DNA from: Candidatus Hydrothermarchaeum profundi
GTDB taxonomy: Archaea > Hydrothermarchaeota > Hydrothermarchaeia > Hydrothermarchaeales > Hydrothermarchaeaceae
Assembly (NCBI GenBank): GCA_002011125.2
Contig: MTMF02000009.1
Location: 32,001 to 96,000, forward strand
Length of the DNA: 64,000 nt
Direction of reading: 5' to 3'
Part shown: positions 20,368 through 31,159 of the stretch, one piece after another
Numbering within the stretch: position 1 is the stretch's first letter
How the letters are laid out: every line of letters begins with the position of its first letter
Notes under the pieces: generated by a model
The model's database searches: none
Seen by the model: the letters and a program-made list of their open reading frames with translations, nothing else
Told to the model about the DNA's origin: nothing
Translations under genes and position numbers: made by a program

Positions 20368-23127
20368 ATGGTTTTTACTTTACTTAAACCAGAAATATGG
20401 GGAGCGTTGAGAAAACTAGGTTTTGATAAACCTACTGAAATACAAAAGGTAGCGATACCTGAAATAAAGAAAGGTAAGAATACCCTTCTAATTGCTCCCA
20501 CCGGGATAGGGAAAACAGAAGCTGCTCTACTCCCTATATTTGATGAGATAATAAGAGAGCGTCCTAAAGCAATAAGCACCTTGTATATTACTCCATTGCG
20601 GGCTTTAAACCGAGATTTGATGGATAGGTTAGAGTGGTGGAGTAATAGACTGAAGATAGATATAACGGTTAGACATGGTGACACCACTCAATATATGAGA
20701 AGAAAACAGGCGCTCTCACCGCCTGATTTACTTATTACCACCCCTGAAACACTTCAGGCTATCCTGCCGGGCAGAGTGATGAGGAAACACCTGAAAAATG
20801 TAAGACATGTCATAATAGATGAGATACATGAGCTTGCAGACAACAAGAGAGGAGCGCAACTTACACTGGCGATCGAGAGGCTACAAGAGCTTTGCAATAG
20901 GAAATTCCAGAGAATTGGCATAAGTGCCACTATTGGTTCCCCAGAGATCATCGCAAAGTTCCTGTCAAAAAATGAGCCTGTAGAGGTCCTGAAGGTTTCT
21001 CCTATCAAATTAATGGACTTGAAAGTTGAAAAACCCAAGCCAAAGAAAGGGGATAAAGAGATAGCAGCTAAAATATTTTCAAGCCTAGAGGCATCTAGCC
21101 GGCTTCGAAGGATAAGGGAGTGTATAGAGGAACATCGCTCTACCCTCATATTCGTAAATACAAGGGAGATGGCAGAGATACTTGCATCGAGATTTAGGGT
21201 TATCGATGCCCCGGTGGGGATCCATCACTCTTCTTTGTCTCAGGAAGCAAGGATTTCAGCGGAAAGGCAGTTTAAAAAAGAAGAGTTGAAGGCTCTTATA
21301 TGCACTTCTTCCCTTGAGCTTGGTATAGACATAGGCAGCATAGATCTGGTGATTCAATATAAGAGCCCGAGGCAAGTTGCACGGCTACTCCAAAGAGTCG
21401 GAAGATCTGGCCATGGACTGGGAATGAAATCTAAAGGAATCGTAATTGTGACCGACCCTGATGATATAATGGAAGCATTAGTTATATCTAGGCGAGCCTA
21501 TCGCGGACAACTTGAAGAGGTGGAGACCCATGAAAAGCCTTATGATGTTCTAGCTCATCAGCTTGTGGGACTCGCTTTAGAGTATGGGAGAGTTAAAAAA
21601 TCTAGAGCATACGAGATAGTGCGAGGGAGCTGGCTATATTCAGATTTAACGTGGGAGGAACTGGAGGAGACACTCAACCTTTTGAATTCATTAAAACTAG
21701 TTTGGCTTGAAGAAGACGCATATGGTAAGACTAGATTCTCTTGGGAATACTATTATGGGAATCTATCTACCATACCTGATGAAAAGAAATATTTTGTCAG
21801 AAATATTGTTACAAGGGAGGGGGTTGGAGCCTTAGATGAGGCCTTCGTAGTTAACTATGTGGAACCAGGGAATGTTATTATATTTAAGGGGGCACCATGG
21901 AGGATTGTTAGCGTAGATGATGAGATCTTGGTTGAGCCCGCAGAAGATATTACCGGAGCTATCCCCTCCTGGACGGGAGAAGAGATTCCAGTTCCATATG
22001 AAGTAGCCCTTGAGGTCGGAGAGCTGAGGGGTAATATTAAAAACCTTGAGAAATATCCCAGCGATGGGTATACTAAAAGACTAGCTGCTTCTAAAATAAA
22101 TAGACATATAAGAGAGTGCCTTCCCGTACCGAGCGCAGAGCGTATCATAATCGAGCTTTTCGAAAATTTTGTTGTCATGCATTTCCCCTTCGGAACGAAA
22201 GTGAATCAAACCATCGGCAGAGTTTTTTCGATTATGCTTACATCAAAGTTCGGGTCATCAGTAGCTCTACAGGTAGATCCTTACAGGATTATTCTACAGT
22301 CCCCTAAAAAGCTGTATGAAGAAGACATATTAGAGCTATTAAAGATTGACCCAGGATTTATTCGGCCGCTCCTCGACAAAACCCTCAAGAGGACGTCTGT
22401 GTTTAAATGGAGATTTGTTAATGTGGCAAAGCGCTTTGGTGCATTATCCAAGGATGTATCTTATCATAACGTGAAGGTTGACAGGATTATTGATGCATAT
22501 GAGGATTCTCTTATTTTTAAAGAAGTCTTAAAAGAGGTATACAAAGACGATCTAGACCTAAGGAGGGCTGAAAAGGTCCTAGGGGATATCAGTTCAGGAA
22601 CTCTTAGTGTTGAGATAGTGAAACTAGATAAGCCTTCACCAATAGCCGAGCTTGGGCTAAGGGCTTATAGCGAGATAATTGTCCCAAAGCGTGCAGAACA
22701 GATGATTTTGAAGGCCTTGAAGAATAGAATCATGGAGAAAAGGGTAGAGGTTTTTTGTCTATACTGTGCTAATTGGTCCTCGTCTTTTAAAGTTAAGAAT
22801 ATTCCAGAAGACCTAAAATGTGAAAACTGTGGAGCCAGAATGTTGGCAGTACTTAAGGGTAGGAATAGAGAACTTAAAAGTCTCTATCGGAGCTATAAAA
22901 GCGGTAAATCCACTAGCAAAGATGACAAAAAAGAGATAACAGCTATGCAAACTTCGGCTAATTTGTTTTTATCTTACGGCAAAAAAGCCATAATAGCGCA
23001 GGCGGCAAGAGGGATAGGCCCTACAGTAGCGAAGAGGGTTCTACTTGCAAGAGATGAAGAAGAGCTCTATAAGAATATTTTAAAGGCTGAGAGGAACTAC
23101 GCAAAGACAAAAAAATTCTGGGACTAA
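20368..23127 (+). CDS. lhr: Lhr-family SF2 helicase
   Basis: APTGIGKT, ITTPETL, DEIH, SAT, TSSLELGID, QRVGRSGH, C-terminal Zn ribbon. Confidence 0.95.
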   Translation: MVFTLLKPEIWGALRKLGFDKPTEIQKVAIPEIKKGKNTLLIAPTGIGKTEAALLPIFDEIIRERPKAISTLYITPLRALNRDLMDRLEWWSNRLKIDITVRHGDTTQYMRRKQALSPPDLLITTPETLQAILPGRVMRKHLKNVRHVIIDEIHELADNKRGAQLTLAIERLQELCNRKFQRIGISATIGSPEIIAKFLSKNEPVEVLKVSPIKLMDLKVEKPKPKKGDKEIAAKIFSSLEASSRLRRIRECIEEHRSTLIFVNTREMAEILASRFRVIDAPVGIHHSSLSQEARISAERQFKKEELKALICTSSLELGIDIGSIDLVIQYKSPRQVARLLQRVGRSGHGLGMKSKGIVIVTDPDDIMEALVISRRAYRGQLEEVETHEKPYDVLAHQLVGLALEYGRVKKSRAYEIVRGSWLYSDLTWEELEETLNLLNSLKLVWLEEDAYGKTRFSWEYYYGNLSTIPDEKKYFVRNIVTREGVGALDEAFVVNYVEPGNVIIFKGAPWRIVSVDDEILVEPAEDITGAIPSWTGEEIPVPYEVALEVGELRGNIKNLEKYPSDGYTKRLAASKINRHIRECLPVPSAERIIIELFENFVVMHFPFGTKVNQTIGRVFSIMLTSKFGSSVALQVDPYRIILQSPKKLYEEDILELLKIDPGFIRPLLDKTLKRTSVFKWRFVNVAKRFGALSKDVSYHNVKVDRIIDAYEDSLIFKEVLKEVYKDDLDLRRAEKVLGDISSGTLSVEIVKLDKPSPIAELGLRAYSEIIVPKRAEQMILKALKNRIMEKRVEVFCLYCANWSSSFKVKNIPEDLKCENCGARMLAVLKGRNRELKSLYRSYKSGKSTSKDDKKEITAMQTSANLFLSYGKKAIIAQAARGIGPTVAKRVLLARDEEELYKNILKAERNYAKTKKFWD

Positions 23128-23374
23128 TATCCTATGGAGAGAGGTTAGAGGAGGCGGTGACAGAAAAGAAGATCAGCCTCCTCAGATGTGAAGGGCTATT
23201 CTTTACTATTGGTTCAAGTTTTTTATAAATATAACTATGTATAAAAATAAACAGAATTGTAAAGATAAAAGTCTCGAATCGAAATCTTATTGAATTTTCT
23301 AAATCTGTTTTAGGAAGATAAAGAAGAAGTATTATTAATGTTCTCCTGCGGGAAAATCAACTATCCCATGTAAT

Positions 23375-23878
23375 ATGAACCTGCCATTAAAATATATACC
23401 ATGGAAAAGGGTGAGGGATTGGAGCTGTAAGGCCTGCGGGGCATGTTGTAAGAAGTTTGAAGTGCCGCTGAGAGCTAGAGAATTCGTGGATTTAACAAAG
23501 CTATTCGGTGAGGGCATAGTGGAAATCAGGCTTGGAAAGCCTTATCTCAAAAAAATAAGAGGCATCTGTGTTTTCCAGCAGGGACGCCTGTGTACTCTAC
23601 ATCCCCGGGGTATAAAGCCCCGTGCCTGTAAGATATATCCTTTCACAGTTAGAGATAAAGGGTGGGAATCGGCTAAGTTTACTTACAGGGGTGGAGAATA
23701 TTACGTCTATGTTAACCCAGAGTGTAGGGGAGTTATACTAGGAACTCCTACTAAGAATCTAGTAGAGAGGATTATACCGGAGGTAATAGAACTGTCATTG
23801 ACCCTCGAAAAATATAATAAACCTTCACAGCTAGCTAGAACTTACATCTACCCTCCACAGCCTATATTTATTATATAA
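23375..23878 (+). CDS. YkgJ/CxxCxxCC cysteine-cluster protein
   Basis: CKACGACC, CVF, CTLH, KPRACKIYPF. Confidence 0.88.
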   Translation: MNLPLKYIPWKRVRDWSCKACGACCKKFEVPLRAREFVDLTKLFGEGIVEIRLGKPYLKKIRGICVFQQGRLCTLHPRGIKPRACKIYPFTVRDKGWESAKFTYRGGEYYVYVNPECRGVILGTPTKNLVERIIPEVIELSLTLEKYNKPSQLARTYIYPPQPIFII

Positions 23879-23941
23879 TTAGGGAGCACCTCTCTCTTCA
23901 GGACTCTATTTATTACTGAAAAAGTAAAATAAAATCAAAAA

Positions 23942-24907
23942 ATGAAACCGCTGAAAGCTACGCAGGAAGCCGTAAAGCAAGCGGCGAAAGTAATAAGAGA
24001 AGGCGGGCTAGTGGCATTTCCAACTGAGACAGTATATGGTCTTGGTGCAGATGCCTTAAACGCCATCGCCGTAGCTCGTATATTTGAGGTAAAAAATCGC
24101 CCTCATTTCGATCCTCTTATAGTGCATATAGCCGATTTTTCATCCTTAGAAAAAATTTGTTCTAGCTTAGATGAGAGAGCGAGAAAACTGATGGAGACCT
24201 TCTGGCCAGGTCCACTTACTCTTGTTCTGCCTAAAACTCGGATTGTCCCAGATATAGTTACGGCTGGATTGCCCACAGTAGCTATACGGATGCCTTCTCA
24301 TCCTGTTGCACTAGACCTTATTAAGGAGGCAGAAACACCCATCGCTGCACCTAGCGCGAACCCTTTTGGCTATCTCAGCCCTACTTCTGCGGATCATGTA
24401 AAAGAGCAGCTCGGAGATAAAGTTGATGTTATACTGGATGGCGGCAAATGCCAAATTGGAGTGGAGTCAACTATAATTGATCTCGCAGGAGAAGAGCCTA
24501 CGATCCTTAGATTAGGAGGACTCCCTCTTGAGGAGATAGAGAAAACCATAGGTAGGGTAAGGGTAAGTACTAGCAACTCTCGGCCTCGTTCACCCGGACA
24601 GTTACCCTGCCATTATTCCCCTAGGACGCCTATAAAGATTTTAGATAAGAAAAATCTTAGAGTAAATGGGAAAAGGAAGGGGCTCCTAGCCTTTAAAACT
24701 CTGCCAAAAGATCACTCTTTCGAAGTCGTAGAAGTACTTTCCCCGAAAGGGGACTTAAGGGAGGCCGCAGCCAACCTATTTTCATGCTTACACAGACTAG
24801 ATAAAGCTAAGCTAGATGTCATCTATGCTGAACCTGTGCCTGAGGTGGGTCTTGGGAGGGCAATTATGGATAGGCTACGGCGGGCTTCTATGCGAGATAG
24901 TAGTTGA
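23942..24907 (+). CDS. sua5: L-threonylcarbamoyladenylate synthase (Sua5)
   Basis: PTETVYGL, K.RP..DPLIVH, AAPSAN, SPG...HY, SUA5 C-terminal domain. Confidence 0.97.
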   Translation: MKPLKATQEAVKQAAKVIREGGLVAFPTETVYGLGADALNAIAVARIFEVKNRPHFDPLIVHIADFSSLEKICSSLDERARKLMETFWPGPLTLVLPKTRIVPDIVTAGLPTVAIRMPSHPVALDLIKEAETPIAAPSANPFGYLSPTSADHVKEQLGDKVDVILDGGKCQIGVESTIIDLAGEEPTILRLGGLPLEEIEKTIGRVRVSTSNSRPRSPGQLPCHYSPRTPIKILDKKNLRVNGKRKGLLAFKTLPKDHSFEVVEVLSPKGDLREAAANLFSCLHRLDKAKLDVIYAEPVPEVGLGRAIMDRLRRASMRDSS

Positions 24908-24916
24908 GTGACATTT

Positions 24917-25846
24917 TCATACAAAAAGAACAGCCAAGAATGCTAAATAGCTTAGTAAGAGGAATAGGCCTTCTCTCCTTGATATACAGTTATCGGTCTT
25001 CATGAAGACGAGCATAATTGCAGTTATTATAATCATTATGGGAGTGCTTACATAAGCTGTTTTGTCGTCGACTAGAATAGGATTCACAACTACTGCTGCT
25101 CCTAAGATTAATATGATGTTGAATACATTGCTTCCCAGTATATTCCCGGCTATCATGCTAAGATAGCCTTTTTTTGCTGCCGCGATTGATACTGCAAGCT
25201 CCGGGACACTTGTGCCGAAAGCAACTATTGTAGCTCCTATAACTGACTCAGAAACGCCGATAGCCCTCGCTATAGCAACAGCAGAATCAACCAGCAGTAT
25301 GCTTCCAGTTAAGACGCCTACGAGCCCAACTAGTAAGTGAAATAATGCTTGGTTTAACTTCTCAGATGAATCTGGAGATAGAGTGGAGTCTGCAGGTCTT
25401 TTTACTGTATGCAGAACATAAAAGACAAAAATAGTGAGCAGTAGTAATCCTTCCGGTCGAGAAAGCATTCTTCCACTCAAAATTAGGATGCTTGATAATA
25501 GGGTGAGAATAAAGCAGAGGATACCGTTTTTAAATTCTATTTGCCTCCTTATTACTACGGGTCTAATAAACGCTGCTAGACCCAGAATGAGGGCGATATT
25601 AGCAATGTTTGATCCAATCACATTTCCTACTGCTACCCCTCCTACTCCAGATATAGAAGCATAGATAGATGAAAAAAACTCGGGAGATGAGGTTCCAAAG
25701 CCGACTATAACGGCTCCTATTACAAACTTCGAGACACCGAATCTTCGAGCAATCTTAGCCGCGCCTTCAGTGAAATAGTCGCTGGTGTATACGAGCATAA
25801 TCACAGAGAATGCCAAGATAATCAAGTCTACTATTACCAAGCGCAA
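24917..25846 (-). CDS. Calcium/sodium antiporter (YrbG family)
   Basis: Two alpha repeats GTS.PE and GN..GSN. Confidence 0.95.
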   Translation of the reverse strand: MRLVIVDLIILAFSVIMLVYTSDYFTEGAAKIARRFGVSKFVIGAVIVGFGTSSPEFFSSIYASISGVGGVAVGNVIGSNIANIALILGLAAFIRPVVIRRQIEFKNGILCFILTLLSSILILSGRMLSRPEGLLLLTIFVFYVLHTVKRPADSTLSPDSSEKLNQALFHLLVGLVGVLTGSILLVDSAVAIARAIGVSESVIGATIVAFGTSVPELAVSIAAAKKGYLSMIAGNILGSNVFNIILILGAAVVVNPILVDDKTAYVSTPIMIIITAIMLVFMKTDNCISRREGLFLLLSYLAFLAVLFV

Positions 25847-26154
25847 TCACCTTTTTTCATCTATGTGTAAGTTGCTTATAATACATATTAGTGCCTAATT
25901 ATCTCATTAAAACTAGCGAATTATGAAAAACTATTCTCGAATTCTAAACAACTCAACAACTGGCAAACCTAAATTAAAATAATATCATTACTCATACCTT
26001 GAAGTAAAATATTGCCTATGGTTCTTCTTCTATTTTCTTAAGAAAAAACTGAGGAATCACATCGGGTAAATTTTTCCCTCTTCTATTTGTCCGTATTAAG
26101 TTAAAATCTAAAAAAGTTTTTATGCTTTTATGTCCTTTTTTATCTGAGAGGGAG

Positions 26155-26742
26155 ATGCCGCCTCCTGCTATTAAATCTGTGAGGGACCTGATTTATTGGC
26201 AGTATGCTAAAATTATTGCAGACTCTGCTGGAATGGGAAAGAGAAACTGGAGATTTATAATGAGTAGGTTCAAGAAACTCCAGCAGGAAGAGATTTTTTG
26301 GAATGAGATACGAGAGTATATCAGGGAACGGGAGAAAAATGACGAATGCATTTTCTGCGGTGTGAAGACTTCTCTAACTACTGATCATCTATTTCCACGT
26401 TCTATTGGCGGACCTGATACTGAGAAGAATATTATTTGGATATGCAAGAAATGCAATTCTTCGAAAGGTCGGAGGAGATTATATGAGCTTTGGACCCTTA
26501 AGAAAGGGTTAAAAGGGGCAAAATATGAAGTTCCAAGAATTGCTGAGGGAAAATATTTGAAGCTACTTTATGATGTCTTTGAAGAGAAGGGCATACTCGA
26601 TATCAAGGCAGATGAATTACCACAGAAGATGTGCCCAAGGTGTGATATTAAGCCCCTCTGTATAAAAGAAGATTCTGTTGAAAAGCTCTCACCTCTCTGC
26701 CTAGATGGAATTGCTACGGTGTGTTTTCAAAGTAATTTCTAG
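26155..26742 (+). CDS. HNH endonuclease
   Basis: CIFCG...DHLFP..GG.D...N....CKKCNSSKG; extra C-terminal Cys cluster. Confidence 0.88.
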   Translation: MPPPAIKSVRDLIYWQYAKIIADSAGMGKRNWRFIMSRFKKLQQEEIFWNEIREYIREREKNDECIFCGVKTSLTTDHLFPRSIGGPDTEKNIIWICKKCNSSKGRRRLYELWTLKKGLKGAKYEVPRIAEGKYLKLLYDVFEEKGILDIKADELPQKMCPRCDIKPLCIKEDSVEKLSPLCLDGIATVCFQSNF

Positions 26743-26826
26743 AATTTTGGCTGCAGAAAAGTTTAGGGGAACATATTATCTTCTCTTAATAATCTTTTTA
26801 TATATTAAAATGAATAAATTTAATAC

Positions 26827-27126
26827 ATGCCTGTAACTATAACAACCCGGGTTGACGATTGGATTGCTAAGTTGATAGACGAGATAGCAAGGAGAGAAGG
26901 TATGGATAGGTCTACTGTTATGAGGAGATTCTTGCTAAAAGGGATCAGGGAATGGAGAATAGAGAGAGCTCTTAAAGAATATGAAGAAGGCAAGATAACT
27001 CTATGGCAGGCGGCTGAGAAGTGTAATTTACCCTTATGGGAGATGATAGACGAAGTTAAAAAGCGGATTATCCATGTTCCTTACACCTTGGAAGATTTGA
27101 AAGAAGATATAGAAGGCATTTCATGA
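26827..27126 (+). CDS. RHH/UPF0175 antitoxin
   Basis: ITTRV RHH start; Y.EGKITLWQAAE. Confidence 0.85.
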   Translation: MPVTITTRVDDWIAKLIDEIARREGMDRSTVMRRFLLKGIREWRIERALKEYEEGKITLWQAAEKCNLPLWEMIDEVKKRIIHVPYTLEDLKEDIEGIS

Positions 27127-27617
27127 TAGTTTCTAATGCCACGTCCCTCATCTATCTCGCTCGTGTAAATAAGCTAGACCTTCTTGAGCAGGTTTTTGGA
27201 GGAGTTGTAATACCTGAAGAAGTCAAGATGGAGGTAGTGGACAGAGGGAAAGAAAGGGAAAAACAGGATGCTTACCTAGTAGAGAAGGCCATAAAGGATG
27301 GATGGATAAAAGTCTCTAATGCGAGGCAGATAGAAATTCCTATACCGCTTGGGAAAGGGGAAGAAGCTGCAATAAGCCTAGCTAAAAATCTTGGTATAGG
27401 CGGGATACTAATAGACGAATCTCGAGGGAGAACAGTTGCGGGTATTATGGGATTAAAAGCTAAAGGTACTATCTTTGTTCTTTTAAAAGCTGTAGAGAGG
27501 GGACTCATGGATTTTGATGATTTTCTGAAAACTCTTGAGATCCTCATAAAAGAGGGATTCCGACTTAGGGAGGAGGTTTATGTTAGCATATGGGAAACTA
27601 GTTACCCAAAAAATTAA
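27123..27617 (+). CDS. DUF3368 PIN-domain toxin
   Basis: IVSNATSLI, GE.AAI, IDE..GR, GT; ATGA coupling; C-terminus looks shortened. Confidence 0.88.
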   Translation: MIVSNATSLIYLARVNKLDLLEQVFGGVVIPEEVKMEVVDRGKEREKQDAYLVEKAIKDGWIKVSNARQIEIPIPLGKGEEAAISLAKNLGIGGILIDESRGRTVAGIMGLKAKGTIFVLLKAVERGLMDFDDFLKTLEILIKEGFRLREEVYVSIWETSYPKN

Positions 27618-27645
27618 ATAATATGGGAAGTAATTTTTACAAATA

Positions 27646-28908
27646 GTGAAGGATATGGTAAATCTAACTAAACATAACTTCCATTGGCGAGAGGGCTTTT
27701 ATTATGGGTTTAAAAAGAAGAGGGATCTCTACTATAAGCTCTTGAAATATATTGATACAAAGCAGGTTCTAGGAATAGTTGGACTTAGAAGAACTGGAAA
27801 GACTGTTCTCCTAAAGCAGGTTATAGACTATCTAATAGAGAAAGGAGTGGAAAGGAATAAGATAGTATATTTTTCTTTTGATGAAGAACAACCTAGAATA
27901 GAGGAAATCTTAGAAGATTACCAATCAAGACAGGGAAAAGATCTGCTTGAACTTGGAGAAACCTATCTCTTCCTAGATGAAATTCAAAAACTCCAGAACT
28001 GGCAGAATCAAGTAAAATACTATTATGATGCCTATCCTAATGTGAAATTTTTTGTCTCCGGATCATCTTCTATCTTCCTAAGAAAAAAAGCAGAAGAATC
28101 TCTTGCTGGGAGGATTTTTCTCTTTTATCTTCCTGTTATGTCTTTTAAAGAATACCTCAGTTTTAAAGGGATGAATGAGATGATCCAGCGGCCAAGCGTC
28201 TTCGAGGAAAGGCTGCGGGCAGAAGTCTTAACGTATATGAAGAGGCAACTACCGGAGATAGTTAACGCTGATGATGACTTCATCCAACTTTACACCAACT
28301 CTATAATCTCTAAGATAATCTATGAGGATCTCCCAAAGGTTTTCCCTATAGAATACCGGGATGCCCTCAAGAGGATTTTAATGATAGTAGCGAACAACCC
28401 AGGGATAGTTACGGACTATGAAACTCTTTCAGGAGAACTCGGCTTAAGCAGGAAAACTCTTTCAAATTACGTTTCATACCTAGAAAATGCTTTTCTCATC
28501 CAGAAGTCCTACAATTTTTCTAGAAATCTTCTGACTAGCGAGAAGAAGCAAAAAAAGCTATATTTTAGTAATACCACCTTCTTGTTTTCTCTAGCTGAGA
28601 CCTTAGAAATGGGAAGGGCGGTAGAGAACCTCGTGGTAAACTTAGGTCCGGCTAAGTTTTTCTGGAGGAGTGGAAGACACGAAGTAGATGCGGTTTTGGT
28701 AGAGAATAGACGGATTACACCTGTAGAATCAAAATACCGAGGTGTAATATCTCGCAAAGATATCAGGGGGCTCTTAAAATTTATGGAGAAATATGACATA
28801 GAAGAGGGGTATATTGTTACAGAAAACACAGAGAAAATGGAACAAATAGGGAGAAAAAAAATAATTTATGTTCCACTCTGGAAGTGGCTTATCTACAAAA
28901 ATGTATGA
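27646..28908 (+). CDS. AAA_14 ATPase with DUF4143 C-terminal domain
   Basis: GLRRTGKT, LDEIQ, SGSS, ESLAGR, EVD...ESK. Confidence 0.92.
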   Translation: MKDMVNLTKHNFHWREGFYYGFKKKRDLYYKLLKYIDTKQVLGIVGLRRTGKTVLLKQVIDYLIEKGVERNKIVYFSFDEEQPRIEEILEDYQSRQGKDLLELGETYLFLDEIQKLQNWQNQVKYYYDAYPNVKFFVSGSSSIFLRKKAEESLAGRIFLFYLPVMSFKEYLSFKGMNEMIQRPSVFEERLRAEVLTYMKRQLPEIVNADDDFIQLYTNSIISKIIYEDLPKVFPIEYRDALKRILMIVANNPGIVTDYETLSGELGLSRKTLSNYVSYLENAFLIQKSYNFSRNLLTSEKKQKKLYFSNTTFLFSLAETLEMGRAVENLVVNLGPAKFFWRSGRHEVDAVLVENRRITPVESKYRGVISRKDIRGLLKFMEKYDIEEGYIVTENTEKMEQIGRKKIIYVPLWKWLIYKNV

Positions 28909-28971
28909 ATACAAATTGAATACATAAGAGTCAAAGATGAAAAATAATATTTAGAGGCCAATACTGCACCA

Positions 28972-29985
28972 TTATCTAAGTCTAAGAGTAGCGTAATGTA
29001 TCCCCATAGTGTGCTGTCCATAGTACATAAACCATGTGTTGTTTATCTTAACCAGAGTTGGATCACTAGGTGGATTTTGAGGGAATGAAGCTCCCTTAGG
29101 GCTAGTAGTGTAATCGAACTTAACCTCTTTGCTGAACTCATTGCCATCAAAAATAGTATGATAGATTCCCTTATAGGACCAGAAGTATAAGCGTACTGAG
29201 CCATCGTCCCATATTACAAGCTCAGGACCATCTAGAAAACCCTTAAATTCCCTGTTCCTGCTATCAAGAGCTATCCCCCTGTGAACAAAATTGAGGCCGT
29301 CCTTAGAGGTTGCCCAGAAGAAGAGCTGTGTATTCTCATTAGGAACATCAGCTGAATATCTCTGATTTATCGTGCCTCTATAAACCATTAGGTATTCATC
29401 ATCAATCCTTACCACAGTTGGTGACGCTACATTATCCAACTTCAGACCAGCATCGTTGATTGTATCAACTCTAATACCTGGTTCCTCATTCCACGTTATA
29501 CCATCCCGAGATATAGCACTCCTTATAACACCCCTATTCTGGTAGTACATCCTATACCCTGTTGGTACTGCAATAACAGAAGGGAAAGTAGCCCACTTCA
29601 TCCGTACCCCTTCTTCCTGAACCCAATTTACCCCATCATCTGATATCGCAGAGTAAACCTGGCCCTCAAAACCAGAAACCTCCGGCTCAGGACTATAATA
29701 CATCCGATATTTCCCTTCCTCCAGCCTGATAACCTCTGCGTCTGCATACCTCCCAGAGATAGCAACGCCACCATATTCCCATGCAATAGTCTTCTCAGGT
29801 TTAATCTCTTCCCTTGGCTTCTCTAAAGGTGGGATTACTTGCTCTTCAACTACTTGCGTAGTGGGAGGAGGAACTGAAAGCTCTTCTTTTTGTTCAACTG
29901 TTTCCCTGCCTAAACATCCAGATAAAAAGATTCCACCAAGAATTACTAATATTAATGCCAAGTAAAACCAGCGCCCCGCTCTCAT
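28972..29985 (-). CDS. Secreted lipoprotein with a five-bladed beta-propeller glycoside-hydrolase-like domain
   Basis: Lipobox FLSGC; repeated YRMYY..SAIS.DG..W Asp-box-like units. Confidence 0.75.
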   Translation of the reverse strand: MRAGRWFYLALILVILGGIFLSGCLGRETVEQKEELSVPPPTTQVVEEQVIPPLEKPREEIKPEKTIAWEYGGVAISGRYADAEVIRLEEGKYRMYYSPEPEVSGFEGQVYSAISDDGVNWVQEEGVRMKWATFPSVIAVPTGYRMYYQNRGVIRSAISRDGITWNEEPGIRVDTINDAGLKLDNVASPTVVRIDDEYLMVYRGTINQRYSADVPNENTQLFFWATSKDGLNFVHRGIALDSRNREFKGFLDGPELVIWDDGSVRLYFWSYKGIYHTIFDGNEFSKEVKFDYTTSPKGASFPQNPPSDPTLVKINNTWFMYYGQHTMGIHYATLRLR

Positions 29986-30218
29986 ATAATGAGTTTTATG
30001 TGATTCTACATTAAAAGGTTTACAGATTATTATAATTTTTATGTTCCCCACTATGAGCCTATTATAGTAAGGCTACAAACCCGTGAAAAGAATTTAATAA
30101 GATTATAAGTGGAGCTAATCAAATACGTCTTTCTCTGACGAGCATTAAAAACTCTAAAACCCTTTTAGCAGGTAGTGACTAAATCTATGGAGATATTAAG
30201 GGGCTAATTTGCCGCTAT

Positions 30219-30656
30219 TCAAAGGTAGTCGATTCCTGAGACCGGGAACTTCAATCTAAAAATAAATCTAAAAGACATGATGACCAAAAGCAATGCCACC
30301 AGAAACAGAGAATTCCACAGATATAGAATATCTCTTTTCACCAAATAAAAAGCCATCATTATGCAAAAAACAAAGAGTGCGGTAAGAAAAGAAAATCTCA
30401 AAAAGATTACTACTGCTCTGGCGTAATCATCAGACACGACCTTGAGATAAGAAAATATGATAAAAGCCATTGAAGTGATGACGACAATCATTATAGAGTA
30501 GGCAATATAATACAAGCTACTCTTAAGTTTGAACAAAGAAGAGGCAAGAAAGTAAAATTCTATAAAAAATAAGCAGAACAAAAACCCATTAAAAATAATC
30601 TTAAAAGACAAATTCTTCGAATCAATGCTGGTTCTTGAGAAAGCCATAGTACACAT
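30219..30656 (-). CDS. Hypothetical 4-TM membrane protein
   Basis: Four hydrophobic segments. Confidence 0.55.
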   Translation of the reverse strand: MCTMAFSRTSIDSKNLSFKIIFNGFLFCLFFIEFYFLASSLFKLKSSLYYIAYSIMIVVITSMAFIIFSYLKVVSDDYARAVVIFLRFSFLTALFVFCIMMAFYLVKRDILYLWNSLFLVALLLVIMSFRFIFRLKFPVSGIDYL

Positions 30657-30751
30657 TTATCAAACACATATATTTTTATTTCGCCACCTTAGGATCCCCT
30701 CCCAAGTCCTAGATGCTCATCGGCTGGAAGCTGCTACTTTAGATCCTTACC

Positions 30752-31072
30752 CTATCCAAAAGCCCCAGCTATGGCCCATATCAAAGTTGTCACCAGAATT
30801 CCCACTATAATAATAGAGTATCTCGCTCTCCTATAATTGAAATCCCCTTTTCTTTTCATTTCATCTGTAGCACACGCCCCACTATAGGATGTTACATCAT
30901 AGAGATAGATATGGTGTGCAAGGCGTTCTCCCAATAGAATTACCACGGGATATGTCGCATAAATTGCCCACTTAAAGTCCTTCACAGCATATAAAAAGAA
31001 AAGAAGCAAATATAGAACAAAAAGAAGAGCTGGAGAACCATATTTCGGGATTCCACCATGACCGTTTGGCAT
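30752..31072 (-). CDS. Hypothetical membrane protein
   Basis: GGAGG RBS; 3 TM segments. Confidence 0.6.
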   Translation of the reverse strand: MPNGHGGIPKYGSPALLFVLYLLLFFLYAVKDFKWAIYATYPVVILLGERLAHHIYLYDVTSYSGACATDEMKRKGDFNYRRARYSIIIVGILVTTLIWAIAGAFG

Positions 31073-31159
31073 TTCATTTCCCTCCAGCTCACATCACATT
31101 TTACCTCTTTGAACTCTACCAGATGTCATAGCCCTGGATCTCCTGCTCGCATCATCAAC

